Below, one piece after another: positions 39,223 through 53,884 of a stretch of DNA of 64,000 bases. A program made the position numbers and the translations under genes. The notes below the pieces were generated by a model. That model was given only the letters and a program-made list of their open reading frames with translations, had not been told where the DNA came from and did no database searches. Every line of letters starts with the position of its first letter. Positions within the stretch are counted from its first letter, which is position 1. The stretch is taken from assembly GCA_013239625.1 (NCBI GenBank), contig MU054187.1:8280358-8344357 (forward strand), in the 5' to 3' direction. Source of the stretch: Lama guanicoe. Its lineage: Eukaryota.

Positions 39223-39710
39223 TGTTTGGAAAACAGCACACAGACCGAAGCCACATGCTCTTATCTGCACAACGAATTTATTGATGATTTTCCCTGCACG
39301 CAGATACCAACTTGGGAAGGCGAAGGGTGGGAGGAGAGTTGTTAAGAAAGAGGAATCGCTCCTGAAGGAGAGTGGATCTTTGAATGGGTTAAATGTTTAC
39401 CAACAGGTATATTGTAAACTGGAGGAGCCTGATTTATATTTGCATAGAAAATCTAAGCTTATCCAAACCACCCCCGCCCACCTCCTTCAGCAGAGGGAAG
39501 GAGGGCTCTGGTGCCAGATGACAACAGTTATAACCACGGAGGCAGTTACATTTTCTTTGCACATCAGAAGAACTCAGAAATAACTGGGCACTCAGAAAGC
39601 ATCATTGCAGAACTCAGGTGTACAGAGTGATTATTTCTGACAATAAAACTCTTTGAGGCTTGTAACATTGAATTTTAAAATCCTTATATAGTTAAAAAAT
39701 TCCCTGGACA
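39223..39710 (-). mobile_element. Probable solo ERV LTR (family unresolved)
   Basis: 488 bp bounded by TG...CA (tgtttgga...ccctggaca); minus-strand AATAAA ~55 bp from the left end; no TSD found. Confidence 0.45.
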
Positions 39711-41109
39711 TTAACAATATCCCTTTAAGGCCACTTCTACTTATTATGGTCATTTTTCCCTCCAAGGGAGGGACTGGGGGGTGAGGGAGGTGGGTACCAG
39801 ACATTTAATGTGTCTGAGACCAGAAAAAGGGACGGGAGGAGTGGCTGTGTTCATTCAAAATGGGCAGAGTATTCTGCTCCGTTCTCACTGGAGTAAACAG
39901 CACATATTCCTTAAGGTCAAGCAAGTACAGAATCTCAAGCATGAATAATTAATAAGGATGTACAAGATGTCAGAACTCACGTTCCCTGGATTTGCTAAGA
40001 TACAGATAAATTGGAATCTGACAAAAACAAATTGTGTTTAATAACCCTTAAAGACGTGATCTCTGAAGCATCCTGCACGGCTCTGGTTGCCCCTTGTCCA
40101 ACTTCTTCTATCTTAATCTGTGGTTGACAAAGACTAGCGAGAAAAAAATGTTTGGACTTAAGCAATAAAATCAGTTACAAAACCACTTACTTTATCACAT
40201 ATTTAATGTGCTTCCCTACCACTTTCTTGTGGTATAACTTTCCAACCTCTCTATCTAGGGAAGACATACAAAGTATCACTTAGTCTCAGCTGAGAAAGCA
40301 TCTTCCAGAGCCACCTCTGGGATCAGAGTCATGGAATGAATCATCCTTGCGAACTTTCTTGATTCTGTGAAAGAGAAGAGTGGGAGAAAGTAGCCCCACT
40401 CAGAGCAGAAGGGGAATGACCCTCTGATGCCTCAAAAGAATGCTTCCCAAAATTGGTCGTGGTTCTGCCTTGGGCAAAATTATGAAGCCAGGGAGAAATT
40501 GTATTTCTATAAGATTCTGTATTCCTCCAAAATTTTATCCATCATTTCTCTTTGGGGGGAACTTCAAACCTCTCCATTAGTTCTCAAAAAATGTTACTCA
40601 CTTGCCTTTTTCTCCCATTGTCCACAGATTTCCTTCCTTCCTTCCTTCAAGAATAGATGTGCCCAGTTAGGGGTCAATGGTACATGTCTCACAACTAATG
40701 GAGAGAAAATGTGAGTCCTCTACGTTACTCTGAAAGGAATTTAATACAGATAACGCCTTCCCCACGTAAAGGAAACCAAGGCTCAAAGCAGCCTTCAAGG
40801 TTAAGTGGGTCCAAATGGTTTCAGCATCTCTCAACCTCTACGCAGAGTTAAGTTATGTCTTCAGTGGGTGTCTTTCATGGTGCTGTCTGTGTATGTGTGT
40901 GACAAAATAATCCTAATTACAAAACTTTTCTTCAGAGACTTGACACATTCAAGAAAATAGTATTCCTTTTTTCTACCTCAAATAGTTATTTTGTATTGAT
41001 ATTAAGAAATATCATGGGACTAGAAGTGGGAATAAGGAGGCCACATCATTAAGGAAAAAGGGAAAACTATATTTCACAAGTTATCAATCACTGAGTGTAA
41101 AGACTACAT

Positions 41110-41890
41110 TAAAAAATCATATTTTCTGATAAAGCTGGAACTTCCGATCATTGAGGAAACAATATATTATTCATTAAATGGTGCTGGAACATATCACCAA
41201 TCATTTATACAACAAATTACAGTAGTTCATATATTATACAGCACCAAAATGAATTTCATGTGGACTACAGTTTTAAATATAAAAATAAAACTATAAAATA
41301 TTAACAGAACATAGGAGTGATGATTTAGGTAACAATAGTGAGGAGATGGCCTTTGTATGAATTGTGCCAAACTTAAAAACCATTTTTAAAAAAAAAGATG
41401 TTACATTAATCATATAAAATTAGAACTTACATGTATCAAAGATTCATTGTGAAAAAATTAAAGCAATGCAAAGAACCTAGAAAAAAAATTTGCAACATAT
41501 AATGAGAAAAGAATTGAGGTCGTGAAAGCCTGTCACAAGCAAACTAGAAAAATAAAAACACCAGTAGAAAAGATTACAAATAAAATGAAAAAGTATTTTA
41601 CAAAGATGAAATCAACTAGTCCATAAGGATATGAAAAAATGTACGAAGTGCTAGTTAGTCATCAAGGAAACGTGCCTTCAAACAATAATGAAGCATTCTT
41701 CATCCACCAAATTGCCAGACTTTTTAAAGCTAAAATTCTAGGGATTGCCAAGTGTTCAGAAAAATGGCCCCTCAGAGAAGCATAAATTAATAACTATCTT
41801 TCAGAAGTCACTTGGGTGACATATATGAAAAGGCCTAGAATTGTTCTTTCCCTTTTTCCCCAGGCTCCCACTTCTGGAAATACTCCTTAC
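41110..41890 (+). mobile_element. Old L1ME-like ORF2 3' fragment
   Basis: ttcattaaatggtgctggaac...caccaaaatgaatttcatgtggact...aaaactataaaatatta...tttgcaacatata...tcccacttctggaaat. Confidence 0.8.
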
Positions 41891-41959
41891 CCAGTAAGTG
41901 TAAATGGCACTATAATAATACGTATCTGAGAATCACAGAGCAGACTGGCTCATTCACCC

Positions 41960-44900
41960 CCATTTCAACTCCCTTGTAGCATATTTCTGTCCATAAATAG
42001 AGATCTATACATAACCAAGTTTAATGACCTCATTATATTGCGCCGTGTGGACGTATCATACCTCATGTATCCATCTCCATGCTGACAGACACTGAGGCCA
42101 TTTCAAGATTGTGTTTTTGTTAAAAATGCTTCAGAGGACATCCTACTAAGTACATCTTTTGCACATGGTCTCCAATTATTTCCTTAAGATATAATCCCCA
42201 GATGTAGAATTATGGAGTCAAAGTGTGCCCATCTAAAATATAAATACATGGTTGTAAAAACTTGCAGTAATTTATCCCCACCAGTAATGTACCACTGCCA
42301 TCTTCCCACACCCTTGTGTTGAAGGATGTTAATAATATTCTTAAATATTATCTTTCTTATAGATAAAAAATAATCTCCCATTGCTTTGTGTGGTAATTTG
42401 CATATGGAATATGAATTTGTCAATTTAGATATTCCCATTTTTCCTAATTTTCCTGTTTTAAAAAGTCTTGATATATTAAAAATACTAACTTTGTTTACAC
42501 ATGCACTGCAAATAAGTTTCTCCAAATATATTTGTTTTTGACCTTTATGCTAATTTTTCAGTACAAAATTTTTAATTTCTACATGGTATGCCATTAAATT
42601 TTTCCTTTATTGTTTCTACACTTGCTGTCATTTTCAGAATGTCCTTCCCACCCAGCATAAGTGAAAAAATATCCAGTGCATTTACTTTTTAAAAAATATT
42701 GTATTATGAAAATTTTAACATATATAGAAATGGAGAGAACGACACACAGACCCATCATAAAATTAACAATTATCAAGCATCTGCATCTCTTGCTGTATTT
42801 ATCCTTATTTCTATTTCACCACTTTTTTTTTGCCAAAGTACTGTAAATTCCTGTCATAGCCTATATCCTTCACTACAAATCTCTAAAAACAATTTTGTCA
42901 CAAATCCATGGTAACAATTTTACATCTAACAAAATTAACAATTCCTTGGGATCCTCTATCTCAACCATTATCAAATTTTCCCAATTAACTAAAAAGTGTC
43001 TTCTTATTGCTGCTTGGTTTGACTCATTTCTAAATCACACCCATATACTACTTTGGACTTCATGTCTCTTAGATCTCTTCTAGCTTAAGAATTTCTGCTC
43101 CTTTTTCTTTCTTCCTTTCTTTTTTCTTGTTACCGAATTGTGTCAGAAACCAGATTCATCATCCGAAGGAATGGTCCTACTTTTCAGATGTAGTTATCTG
43201 CTGCCTAAATAATAAATTTATTCCTTTATCCCTGCAGTTCCTGTAAAGAGAAGTTAGCTCCAGAGACTTGATTAGACTCAGGTTTAGTGCTTTTTTTATA
43301 TATAAGAATACTTCATTGGCGTTACCATGGGCTTCATAGAGCATCCTGTCATAAGTCAGACGACATCTGCTTGTCTCACCTATAATGCTAAGATCCATCA
43401 GTGGACTGCTTTAGTTTTCTCATAGCCTACAGCTCTGCCATTACCCTGAATTGCGTTCTTTTAATTGCAGATTTTCAGAGTAAGAATTTGGCACCTAGTT
43501 ATTTCAAATAGTGTCCAACGATTTTACTTTATTTTTACTTTTTCATCATGAACCTATGGGTTTTTGTCTATTCAGTGTGTATCAGTAATGTGCACTTACA
43601 AAGTGTCCCATTTTTGGCCAGTGGGAGTCCTTCCATGTTGGCTCCTATGAACTTTATCATAAAATTAATAGCTTTTTAAAAATAAGTTTTAATTTCAGAA
43701 TTGTTTCACACTTACAGAAAAATGGCAAAGACAGTACAAAGAGTTCTCATATGCCCCGCATCCATTTTCTCTTATTATTAGCATCTTACATCAGCATGAT
43801 ACATTTGTCACAACTGATGAGTCAATATTCATACATTTTCCAAATTATTTAAAGTCCACACTTTATTCAGTAGGATAAACAGGTAGACTTCCCTATTAAA
43901 ATTATCTAGTAGCTCTGGTCTTTTTGGAGGAAAATGATCAATTTTTTATTTTGTTTTCAGTCACTGATGGGTTTTGATTTTTGTATTCTAAGGTCAGTTT
44001 TGGTTTTTATGTGTTCCTAAAATGGTTTCTATTTCGTTTACATTTTCAGTAGTACTTAATTGCATGTAGTTGCACAATAGTAAATTTTTAAATTTTTTTC
44101 TGCTTCATTAGGAACATAGAGTTTCCTCCTTGTCATTCTTATGTTATTGGTATCTCCCCTTCATTAAATTTAGTTGGCGAGATTTTAAGTTTCTGTTTAT
44201 TTTTTCAAAGAACCAGTTTGTTCATTTCTTTGATTTTGTTTCTACTGCTTTTCTTCTTTTCTAATTTGTTTATTTTTACCTTTATCTTTGTTAACTCTTG
44301 CTTTCATCTTTCTTTGGGTGCTTTGCTGAACACTTTTAGCTTTGGGGTTAAAATTTTAAGTTATTTACTCTATCTTATTACTTTTACTGACACAGACATT
44401 AAATGCGATGAATATTCCTCAGAACACTTTTAACGGGTTCTCATAGATTTTTCTGTCACGTGTTCTTTGCCATTATTTTCTAGAAGTTTTCAACTTTGTT
44501 TTATGTACCTCCTTGATCCAAAATTGTTTAATATAAAGTTTAAATTTTTATAAAGATATTTTCTAAAAATATGTGTTTTCTTATAGATTTCTAGTTGTAC
44601 TGAATTATGATGAGAGAATGTTATTTGAATTATTTCCATATTGTAGAATTTATTGAAGTTTTCCTTGTGATCTGGTCTGATCAACTGTTATAAATAATCC
44701 ATGTGCACTTGAAAAAGAGATATTAATTTTGAGGGAAAATATGTACTTATCAGGTTATTTATTAAATTTGTGTTTGTCTTTTCTATACATTTATTAATTT
44801 TTTTTTGTCTACCTGTTTTGTTTGGTTTGCAAGATGTGTGTGTGACAGTCTCCTGAACTTAGAGTCTCTGTTTTCCCTTGCACCTCCTGCAGTATCTGCT

Positions 44901-45400
44901 GTACAGATGTGGCTATCACGTTACTGGCTGTTAGTTGTAGACTTTACCTTCATGAAGTGTACTCTTTGTCTCGGTTAATGTCTTTTGGCCAGAATTGTAT
45001 CTTTTCTGATATCAAACCTGTGATCCCTGCCTTACTTTTATTTACATTTGCCTGCCACAGGTTTTCCCGTCCTTTTAATTTTAACCTTCCAAATTAGTTT
45101 GGTTTTGTATCGTAGGTAGAGCATAGAGATGGGCTAGCTTAGTCCACGTGACATCTCTTTTCTTTCAGAAATCGAGATGAGCCATTGCTTTTACAGATAT
45201 TACTGATGTGTTTGCTCTCAGTACTGTCATATTGTTGTGAGTTATGTTTATTACATACTATGAGGTCTCTTTTCCTTTGATTTTCTTCTAGCTTTAGGAA
45301 AGCTTGCATAGCTGTTCCAGCCTGTACATTTATACTAAGCAATATCTTTATATAATCCCTTGGTCACTCCTACAATAAGACATTATCTGTTGGTTCTCTA
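41960..45400 (-). mobile_element. Cluster of nested old L1M fragments
   Basis: T-rich; separate reverse L1 3' ends start near 42685 and 43675 (cacttacagaaaaatggcaaagacagtacaaagagttc); ORF2-like atttattgaagttttccttgtgatctgg...tccatgtgcacttgaaaaag. Confidence 0.8.
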
Positions 45401-46119
45401 CTACATAAGGTATATAAGTTAGCTTAAAAAATAGTAAGGTCACATGGGACAAAGCCAGGTAAGATTTAAGGGAGGTGCCCCTCAGAATGGGTATGAGTGT
45501 GGCAAGTCCCCGGCAGAATCTCCAAGGGACAACTGGTATACCTGGAAGTCAGCTTACCCGGCCTGAGGTTATTTAATCCCATTTCTACCCAGTCCAACAG
45601 GGCCAAAGCAGTGAGCACATGCAGAAGGGAGGCACTCTAAACAGGATGAGCGCATCATTGGGGAAAAGAGCACAGAAAGAGATAACCAGAAAGGTGGCAT
45701 CAAAATGACACTTCAACATTTTGCATGAATTTGGCCTCACTGGTTAGGGATTTCTACCAAAATGTCCTTAAGAGACCCACAGCAAATATCCTATGATCCA
45801 GTCTGAAGCCATCCACTGGGTACCTAACCTGCTAGTTTGCCAAGTTTTAAACCCTAATGACGCTCAGCAATAGAAAATACAGTTTGGATTAAATTCTACT
45901 GAAGTTGTCCTTATGATGCAGAGAAACTCACACACAAAGGTCTTTTCCGCAAAAGGTCCTAATCAGAAAGTTTTGGGTAGCTAACGAGGAGTCATAACAC
46001 ATGTTGATGGCACAAGCCCAGAATCAACTGCACGTCACCAGCCCAGAGCTGCACTAGACGGTCTTCTACCAACGATGCTAATGTGGCAACTCAGGTCACG
46101 AGATGGGTGATTTCAGGCG

Positions 46120-46230
46120 TAATGCCTCAAACTACCTAATCTGGGATATTGTGAAAATTAAAAGATTTCACCCATGTAAGGTGTTTAGCATGGTTTCTGA
46201 TCCATTGTAGGGCCTCAAGAAATCACTGCT
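46120..46230 (+). mobile_element. MIR 3' fragment
   Basis: ttgtgaaaattaaaaga...catgtaaggtgtttagcatggtttctga...ctcaagaaat. Confidence 0.6.
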
Positions 46231-46881
46231 GAAACTTCTATCATTACAAAATTCTATTGGTATTAGGCCAAGGGGAAGGACTTTAGCATGGATGTATCCG
46301 TGAAGCAAAGTATATCTTTTGTCCTTCACTGAGATGGACTATTTCTCAGAAAAAAAAAGAAGGATATAATTAATTTATCTCCCTGGAATGTTGTGACAAT
46401 TTATTAATAAATACAGTAAAGTGCTTTGGAAACAGCAAGTGAAATAAAAATGCTGACTGCTGTGCAACAGCTTTCCTTTGAATAGCATCTTCCATACACA
46501 ATAATGTGACCTACTTTAATTAAACAATACAAAGTTAAATAATAAAGAGTAGAGGAAGAAATAAATTAAAAGGCACAGTCCAGGGAGAAGGGCAAATTTT
46601 CAGATGAGATTTGAAAAGAGAGGGTGAATCAATGAGGCAGAGAAACACTAGAAAGTTGTTTTACTTGAGAGAAGAAATAGACAAGGTCTCTCCTTAGACA
46701 ATCTGCTATGTTCCCCGGGACCTCATTACAACACTAAATGCATCAGCATCTCAGATCACAGTGAATGTTAATGGCCATCATTGGTGAGACACAAAAGAGC
46801 ACTTAATTACCCTTTGGGAGAGTAAATGCAATCATTACTGAGGATTGTTGAAGTCATATAAAAGTGGAAAAGTGTGATAAA

Positions 46882-47280
46882 TTGTGGCTGGCTAGCACAG
46901 AAGATGTGCGCTCCCTTCTGTACTTTAGAGTCGCTCGTGGGAAGCCCCAGACCACCTGGAAACTCCATGTCCCCTACCTTGGCTGACGGAATGTGAGCAG
47001 AAGTGATGTGTGTCATTTCCAGACTGAGGTGCATAATTAGTAATCACACTCTTGCCATAATCACCCTCCTTCCCACAGTGCCCTGTACGTTGAAGTAAGT
47101 GGCATCAAAAAACAGAAGGAGCCTGAGTCCCAGAGTCCCCACATGAAGGAAAGCAGCCCAGGAGAGCCGCCCAAGTTGGAACATCCGCCTTGACTCAGCA
47201 CGGGTGAGAAACAAACTTGCATTTGTTAAACCACTGAAAGCTTAGAGCTGTTGGTTATCACGCCTGGTAATATTATACCA
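46882..47280 (+). mobile_element. MaLR LTR (MLT1I/J-like)
   Basis: ggaatgtgagcagaagtgatgtgtgtcatttccag...gaaggagcctgagtccc...tgagaaacaaactt...tgttaaaccactga. Confidence 0.85.
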
Positions 47281-47519
47281 CCACCTAGTAATATATTTTT
47301 ATTTCTAAAATTGGACTTTTGACCTAAACACCTATTTACGAGAATACACATTTATCACAGACCATTCCAAAGTGGTCTGGAGTTGTAACAACCACTATGC
47401 AAAGCGGAGAAGTGAGAGAGCACAGCGCGCCACTCCGCATGGCTGGATGGAGAGACGGGCGATGGTCCACTCAAATGTGGTGCAGAGGCCAAGCAAGACA
47501 AGAAAGAATCTCTTTAAAG

Positions 47520-47900
47520 TGAATTGGATTTAGGAACCCGGATGTTTCAAGTGTCCTCAGTGAAAGCAATTCTCATTGAGCGTTGGTAGGATAAGTCAGA
47601 CGGGAGTGGTTTGAGGATTGAAGAGGAATTGAAGTAGAGAAAAGAAATGTGAAATGCTTCTTAAGAGACTTGGCCTTAAAGGAAAAGGAAGGTGTAGAAA
47701 GGTATAACGAAAGGGAGCTGTAAGGATGAGAGACAGCCTTGTTTTGTTCTGTTGTTTTAGGATTGGAGTGGCTGGTGGATCCTACAGGAAACACTCAGCA
47801 GCAAGGGAGTGGAGTGAGATGCAGGAGAGGTCCCTGAGAAAATGGGACAGCATCTTACAAAGTCCATGGGGAGGGACCAGATGGCAGGAAAGGCACCACC
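47520..47900 (-). mobile_element. L2 fragment
   Basis: ttggatttagga...gaaagcaattctca...gagtggtttgagga...ttcttaagagacttggccttaaagg. Confidence 0.55.
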
Positions 47901-48274
47901 TTCCTCTCAAAACAAGAGGCAAGAACAGGGACTGTTGCAAATTGGAGGAGGAAGGGCTGCCTGCTCTCACCCTGGGGACTGCAATAATGTTTCAATCAAT
48001 AATAATACAAGAAATGGGAATGATTTCAAGACAATGTGCAATTAAATATGAATAAAAATACATAAAATCAAATAAGGGGGAAAACTGCGAGGTTGGATAC
48101 AGAGATAGATTCACATAGTATGAGGATACAAGAGTCACATGCTATAAGGATGGAGTAAAACAATACACAGACGGGAAGGATAGCTTTTTCACAAATGCTG
48201 GCAATATATTTGATAGTCATTTTGCAACTACTCTGAGTTAAGTGAGGGAGAAGAAAACTAAGTATTATCAAGGG

Positions 48275-48445
48275 AATACAATGTGCCAGAGAGTGGACTA
48301 GTTTTACAAATATTTTCTCATTTATCCCACATCACAACTGCATGAGGTATCACTTCCACTTTTTTTTTTAACTTGAGTAAACTGGCATTCTATTCACAGT
48401 TAAGTAACAGAGCTAGAGTTCAAACTAATGTCTGTGTGAGACTTA
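48275..48445 (-). mobile_element. MIR, diverged
   Basis: atgtgccag...ttttacaaatattttctcattt...acaactgcatgaggt...taagtaacagagctagagttcaaac. Confidence 0.65.
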
Positions 48446-50367
48446 AAAATTCACGTTCTCATTATACTTCAAAACTGCTATTGCTTTGTGCAACGAACGA
48501 GCATTCACTTTGGAGACAAATAAACCAGAATTGAGCTATTATTTACACATCTTACTCCTTACGTTGTCAGTTTCGGAGAACACAATGTGTGTTTTTTGCA
48601 CCTTGGTACCACTCAGTGCATAGCACAGTGTTTAAGTACACGGAAGGGGTTCAGTAAGGGAGTATAGTATTAAGTTGAATTTTTTATGTCTATTTCAATA
48701 GTCCCAGGATAAAATGGAAACATAACAAAAAGACAAATGAAAGAGAGAAAACAATTTTAAAGAAAAACATAATGAGATCATCAAGAAAGAACTAAGATGG
48801 AAACGTAATAGATGGTGTAGATCACACAGAACGGTGGGCATAATTGCAAGGGCTATCTGAGTGATGGCAGCGGAACTTACAGCACTGTCAGTGGGTAAGG
48901 ACAGCACATCCCGCTCGAGCCCAGATCTTAGTATTTTTAAGTGGGTGCACTCAAAAGTCTAAACAACATATTGTTGTCAGTTAATCACTATCAAATGTTC
49001 CAAAAATGCTTTGTTTTCCCCAATACCTAGATTGAATTTTAAAATTACATTTCCATGTTCACACTGCAAAGAATGATTTTGCTTAAGTTGATTTTAACCC
49101 TTTTTCAGACTTCATTTGAGAAGCCCAAAGAGCCCTCCTTTTAAGGACTAGACTTTAACACGTACAATTTTAACAACATGGAGTTAAGAGTTCGGAAGCA
49201 AAATAATGCATATTCCAACAAAAGTTCACAGTTTTAGGTATCAAAGGAACCCATAATATACATAATGCACAATAAGCAGCATTTGCAAACTACACGTATG
49301 GCGTGTGGGTACAGCTGGTGTAATATTTAATTTGAATACTAGCTTTGTGTGATGCACTCAGCATGTCAAACAGTACCAGTTATTTCACTCACCCAGATTA
49401 ACAAAATGCTTCACTCCGAGTCTATAACCAACAAAGCCCCAAACCGAAGCTCACAGCAAAAGGGAATGGTATGAGCCAAAGTTAAAACAGCAGATGTTAC
49501 TCTTTCATTTAAAAATTACTTTTATAAATGATCTATGGCTTTTTTATAACATTCTAGCCAACAACAACAACAACAAAAACCAAAGAAATAATGACTTCAA
49601 ATCCAACCAGCTAGAAGTTCTCCTTATTAAACGTACGTGAACGTCAGCCTAGACATCCTTATACTGCAAATACAGAGAAATAACAGCCAGAGACATGCGA
49701 TTACAAAACAGAGGTTGTTCTATGCATGTGTTCGAATTATTTAATCTTTTGCACTTAACAGCAAAACGGAATTGAAATATAAAGCGTTCTAATTTTAGGT
49801 ACGTTTTTATTACTAAAATTAATGAAAATCGCAATGAAAAAGAATTGAGTAGTTGGAATTCTTATGGCTACTTTTTAAACTGTATTTCTCTTTAAAATAC
49901 TACTGGCTGAGGAGATTCTCACACCAACACTTTCTCCTGCCTTTCATTTCATGTTTTTGGTTAATTAAGTATTATCTCTGGCCTGTCAACGTTTACCTTC
50001 TGTCCCAGTTCTAATAATCCCCATAGATTTCTGTCTTAGTTTTATACCGACATGAAGTGCTCCTTTTCTCAAGTCGTCTGCGTTCCTGATTTCTTTATTG
50101 TAACTAATTGCATAGCTGGCTAAATTTCAGCATCAAGTAATTTTTCTAGGAAGGACTCAACAATGCCGAATTGTTTGGGGATAGCTGCCTCCTGTCTTCA
50201 GACTTAATGGACAGCTTTGATGGCTGTAGCACTCTTGAGTCACACTTTGCCTCAGAACCAGGCTTCTTTTACTCCCTTGTCTTTGGGCACTGAATGCTAC
50301 TACCAAGAAATCAAAAGCCAGACCTACCTTCTCCCGATAGGTGCCAGATAGGAAAACACCACGTGGA

Positions 50368-50480
50368 CTCATTTTATAGATTAGGAAACTGAGGATCAGA
50401 GAGGTTAAAAGAACTGCTAACGGTCATACAGTTTAATTAACGAGAAAACTAGAACTAGCTTCCGGGCCCCGTGACTCCCT
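50368..50480 (-). mobile_element. MIR core
   Basis: cattttatagattaggaaactgaggatcagagaggttaa...ggtcatacag. Confidence 0.85.
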
Positions 50481-51346
50481 GAAGTTCATAATGGAAAGTC
50501 AAACAAATGCTAAGTTTAGCCAGCTCCGTGCCTTATTTCCCCCCATGAACGTAATGCTTGAATGTGTTTCAGAAGATGGTCGTTCCTCACTTAGCTCACC
50601 GGCTGCGCTGGAACGTGAGGGGCAAGGAATGGAACAACCTGCCTTCCTGCACGTGGTTCACAGAATAGTGTGCAAGCGTTTTTTCCTCTTTAAGACATAA
50701 GATAAAGTGTGTAATTATTCACAGTCGCAAATTAAAGTAAAATCGCAATGAAAAGAAGATGAAATCTGAATAGGATGAAGATGCAGTAGCGAATATGTGT
50801 TTACAGGTGTGTTAAAAACAAATAAAGCCAAGAATCGGCGAAAGAGAGAAAGCTGAGATATATGGAGGCAGTCACCAGCCGCCCTCAGATGCCTTAAGTA
50901 ATTACAGGCATGTGAAGTGTTGAAATTATGTTATGCATTTGAGCAAATGGAAAATCCATAAAATCCATTTTTGTATTATAAAATGAGATTTTAAGAAGTA
51001 TCTGTTTGCCTATCTAATGGCCCATTTTGCAATAAGTGCCTTTGTAACCTCCAAATAAATTTACAAGGCTAGCATGCTATGATTATTTTCTATCTCTTTT
51101 CTAAAGTAAACTCTGTATATGCAATTATAAGGGCAACAGAGTGTATACAAGGTGAAGAAGGCGAGATTATGACAAAAGGGGGGTGGCTTTCCTTGAGGTA
51201 AAGAAAAAAGCAAATTTTGATATTTTCAATCACAAGTAGAGAATGTATTTTTATGCTATCTAGGATAATGGTTGCTGCTACTGAAATTACACTAAATTAA
51301 CTAACTAGATACCACTCCATGTACACATATGGTGTCCACAAATTCG

Positions 51347-51364
51347 GGCCACTAGGTGGCAGTG
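51347..51364 (+). promoter_or_regulatory. CTCF motif
   Basis: ggCCACTAGGTGGCAGtg matches the CTCF core CCASYAGRKGGCRS exactly; occupancy unknown. Confidence 0.65.
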
Positions 51365-53884
51365 GCACTACCTAGGGTAGCAGTGACCTGGTACAATAGC
51401 TTCATCCTGATTCTGCACCCTCTGCTCCATGGCATCTGACACTTAACCAACAATCAACACATCTCATTCAGAATTTTTTTTGTTGTTATTAAAATAGAAC
51501 TGAACTAACAAAAAAATTAATTAAATATTTGTTTCCAAAAGCAATCATCTTAGAAACAAGATTTAAAGAAAGCCCTGTACTTGACCATAGAATATTTGCT
51601 GTGTTGCACTGCATCCAATTGAATTGAATCGCCCTGCACGAACCGAACCAAGTTTGTACAGATAGATGCATTGCTGGGATGTTTAAATAGATTTTGTCAC
51701 CACTTACCTTAATTTAGGTTACAAAATTACTCTGACATGCTTCATAGAGGCAGGAGCTTTCCTGGTTCTGCACCTTCAGGTGAGTTTTAAACTCACTGCT
51801 TACTCTTATCAAGATAAAGATCACATTGGATCCTGCTAATGAGCTTTGAAGCATAGTTTCTCCTTGCAGGACTGTTACTCTTCAAAAACAGGCTGAAGAA
51901 ATTCTTGCTGAAGCCCTCTGCTTTTTCTTTTACCTCTCAGACCTACCCACGGTTCAAAACTGTCACCTCTGTTATGAGTCACACTCAGTAAGAATCAGCG
52001 CTTCTTAGAAATATTGTCATCTGTCAGCCTCTCTAATACATTTCCTCTTCTGACACTTACTTTAATAGCGGAGGTCCTTTTATTCCCCATACATTTATTT
52101 AAGATACCCAATTAAGTAAGTTGTCACTTTCCAGACCCCTTCAAGTCTCTCCTTAAAGAAGTTTTGCTCTCCTGTCTTTCATTATCCATCAGTATATTCT
52201 AATATAGGCAGAAGAGACTGATTTTAAAGCTTCTATACGCAACAATCATGTCTTTGCACCCTAAGAAGCATCAGGTTCTACGAAAAGTGCCTGTGCTCCT
52301 TGAATAAGGGAAAAAGCCTTCCTCATAACTGAAGTCTGCGATTGTTTTCAACATGTCTATTTCTGTATCACAATATATTTTTCAAGTGAAAAAGTTCCAT
52401 GCATTTAAAAGGGGGGAAAAAAGATATAACAGCATCAGAAACTAGAAAATACAGGGAGCTGGATGGTAACAAAAAAACAGTCAAGAGCTGCCCTGACCTG
52501 AAGTCGTATGCAAATTGCTTTCTTTTAAACGCTAGCATAACCAACACAAATGGTATTTCTGGGTCTTGGCACATCAAACTACCCACAGATGAAAGATGAC
52601 TTAATTGCTTTGACCACAGTCCGAATCAGAAGAGCTCAGTTGGCAAATATAAAAATAGCTTGGTGCTATTTGCACGCGCATTTGAGTAAGGAGTGATTTC
52701 ATTTCGATGCCCAAAGTCTAGGAAACAAAGCAGCCCACAGGTAGTGAAACACACCTTGCAAGTAACAGACACAATCCCCGACCAGTGTCTAAGGCTGCAG
52801 AGGACCCCTCGGTCTCGTCAGCTACCCCCGTGTGCACAGGAAATACCGCCGTCAGCGCGGCGCCTCCAAATTCAGGTCACAATATATTGAGCGTTTATGT
52901 CTTTACAGGTTAAGCAGTTAAGTGTCCACAGAGATTTGTTGCCCGCACCTTCTCCTTTAAATAACCCCCTAAAAACCTTTTTAATAATTAATTATTATTC
53001 TGAATATCTACTGGTGCTGTTAATAGCTTAAGTTGCTTCTCATAATTTCACCTAACAAAGTACTTCCAATCAACAGTCACGGCAGAGCGAGGCTTGCTGT
53101 ATTTTAGACTTTACTATGTAGCAACCCAAGTAAAGTAAAAATATATAGAAGAGGAAAAATACGACACAAAGAATGGAAAATTTCTCTGGGCCTTGTATTA
53201 AATGCGATTCCTAAGCAAGTAAGGGTGAAATGTGGATGACAGACTCTCCATTTCTTCTAACCGCTTACCTCTGAGATGATGTTACTTTCATATTTTCTAA
53301 ACTTTGTAATATAAACAGCAAACTTAATTCAGAAAAAAAAAATCTGCCATCGCTGATTACCATAGCCAGGATCACAGACATTTAAATCAAAAGTCACCTG
53401 AGTTGGAAAAGGTTTAGTTTTTTCAATAAATTATTTTTTATAATGACTATAAAAGTTATATAGCACACAGAGGCTGGCTGGAGCGCGATGCTTTACTGTA
53501 CCTGAATTGCGGGGAATACTTCCTGAGACATAAAGCTGACAGTCAGACATCCGAGCGTGACTGGGAAAGAGCAGCCCCTGAAAGATTAAAGTGGGGGTTT
53601 CAGTAACCTCGAAGGCAAAAACCATTGTTCTTTCACTTTTGAACCAGGAAACAGAATGGGCAAATGATAATACAAACACACGTAAGGAGAGCAGAAGGGA
53701 AAAGTCAAACCCCAAAATCTGTCAAAGCTGGAGGTGAGACTTCTTGCTCCACAAAAACCTGTATTTCTTCTGCTCTTTGGAGGACAGCTGTGTGATCATG
53801 CTAAAATTTAAGTCTAAAATGGCTTAATTTACAAAGTCAAACTGAGTTATTCTTTACTGAAATTCAATAAAGTCACTAATGTTG

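Noticed and set aside
39092..39583. 163-aa + strand ORF
   Set aside because: Runs from unique DNA into an LTR-like unit; no recognisable protein similarity
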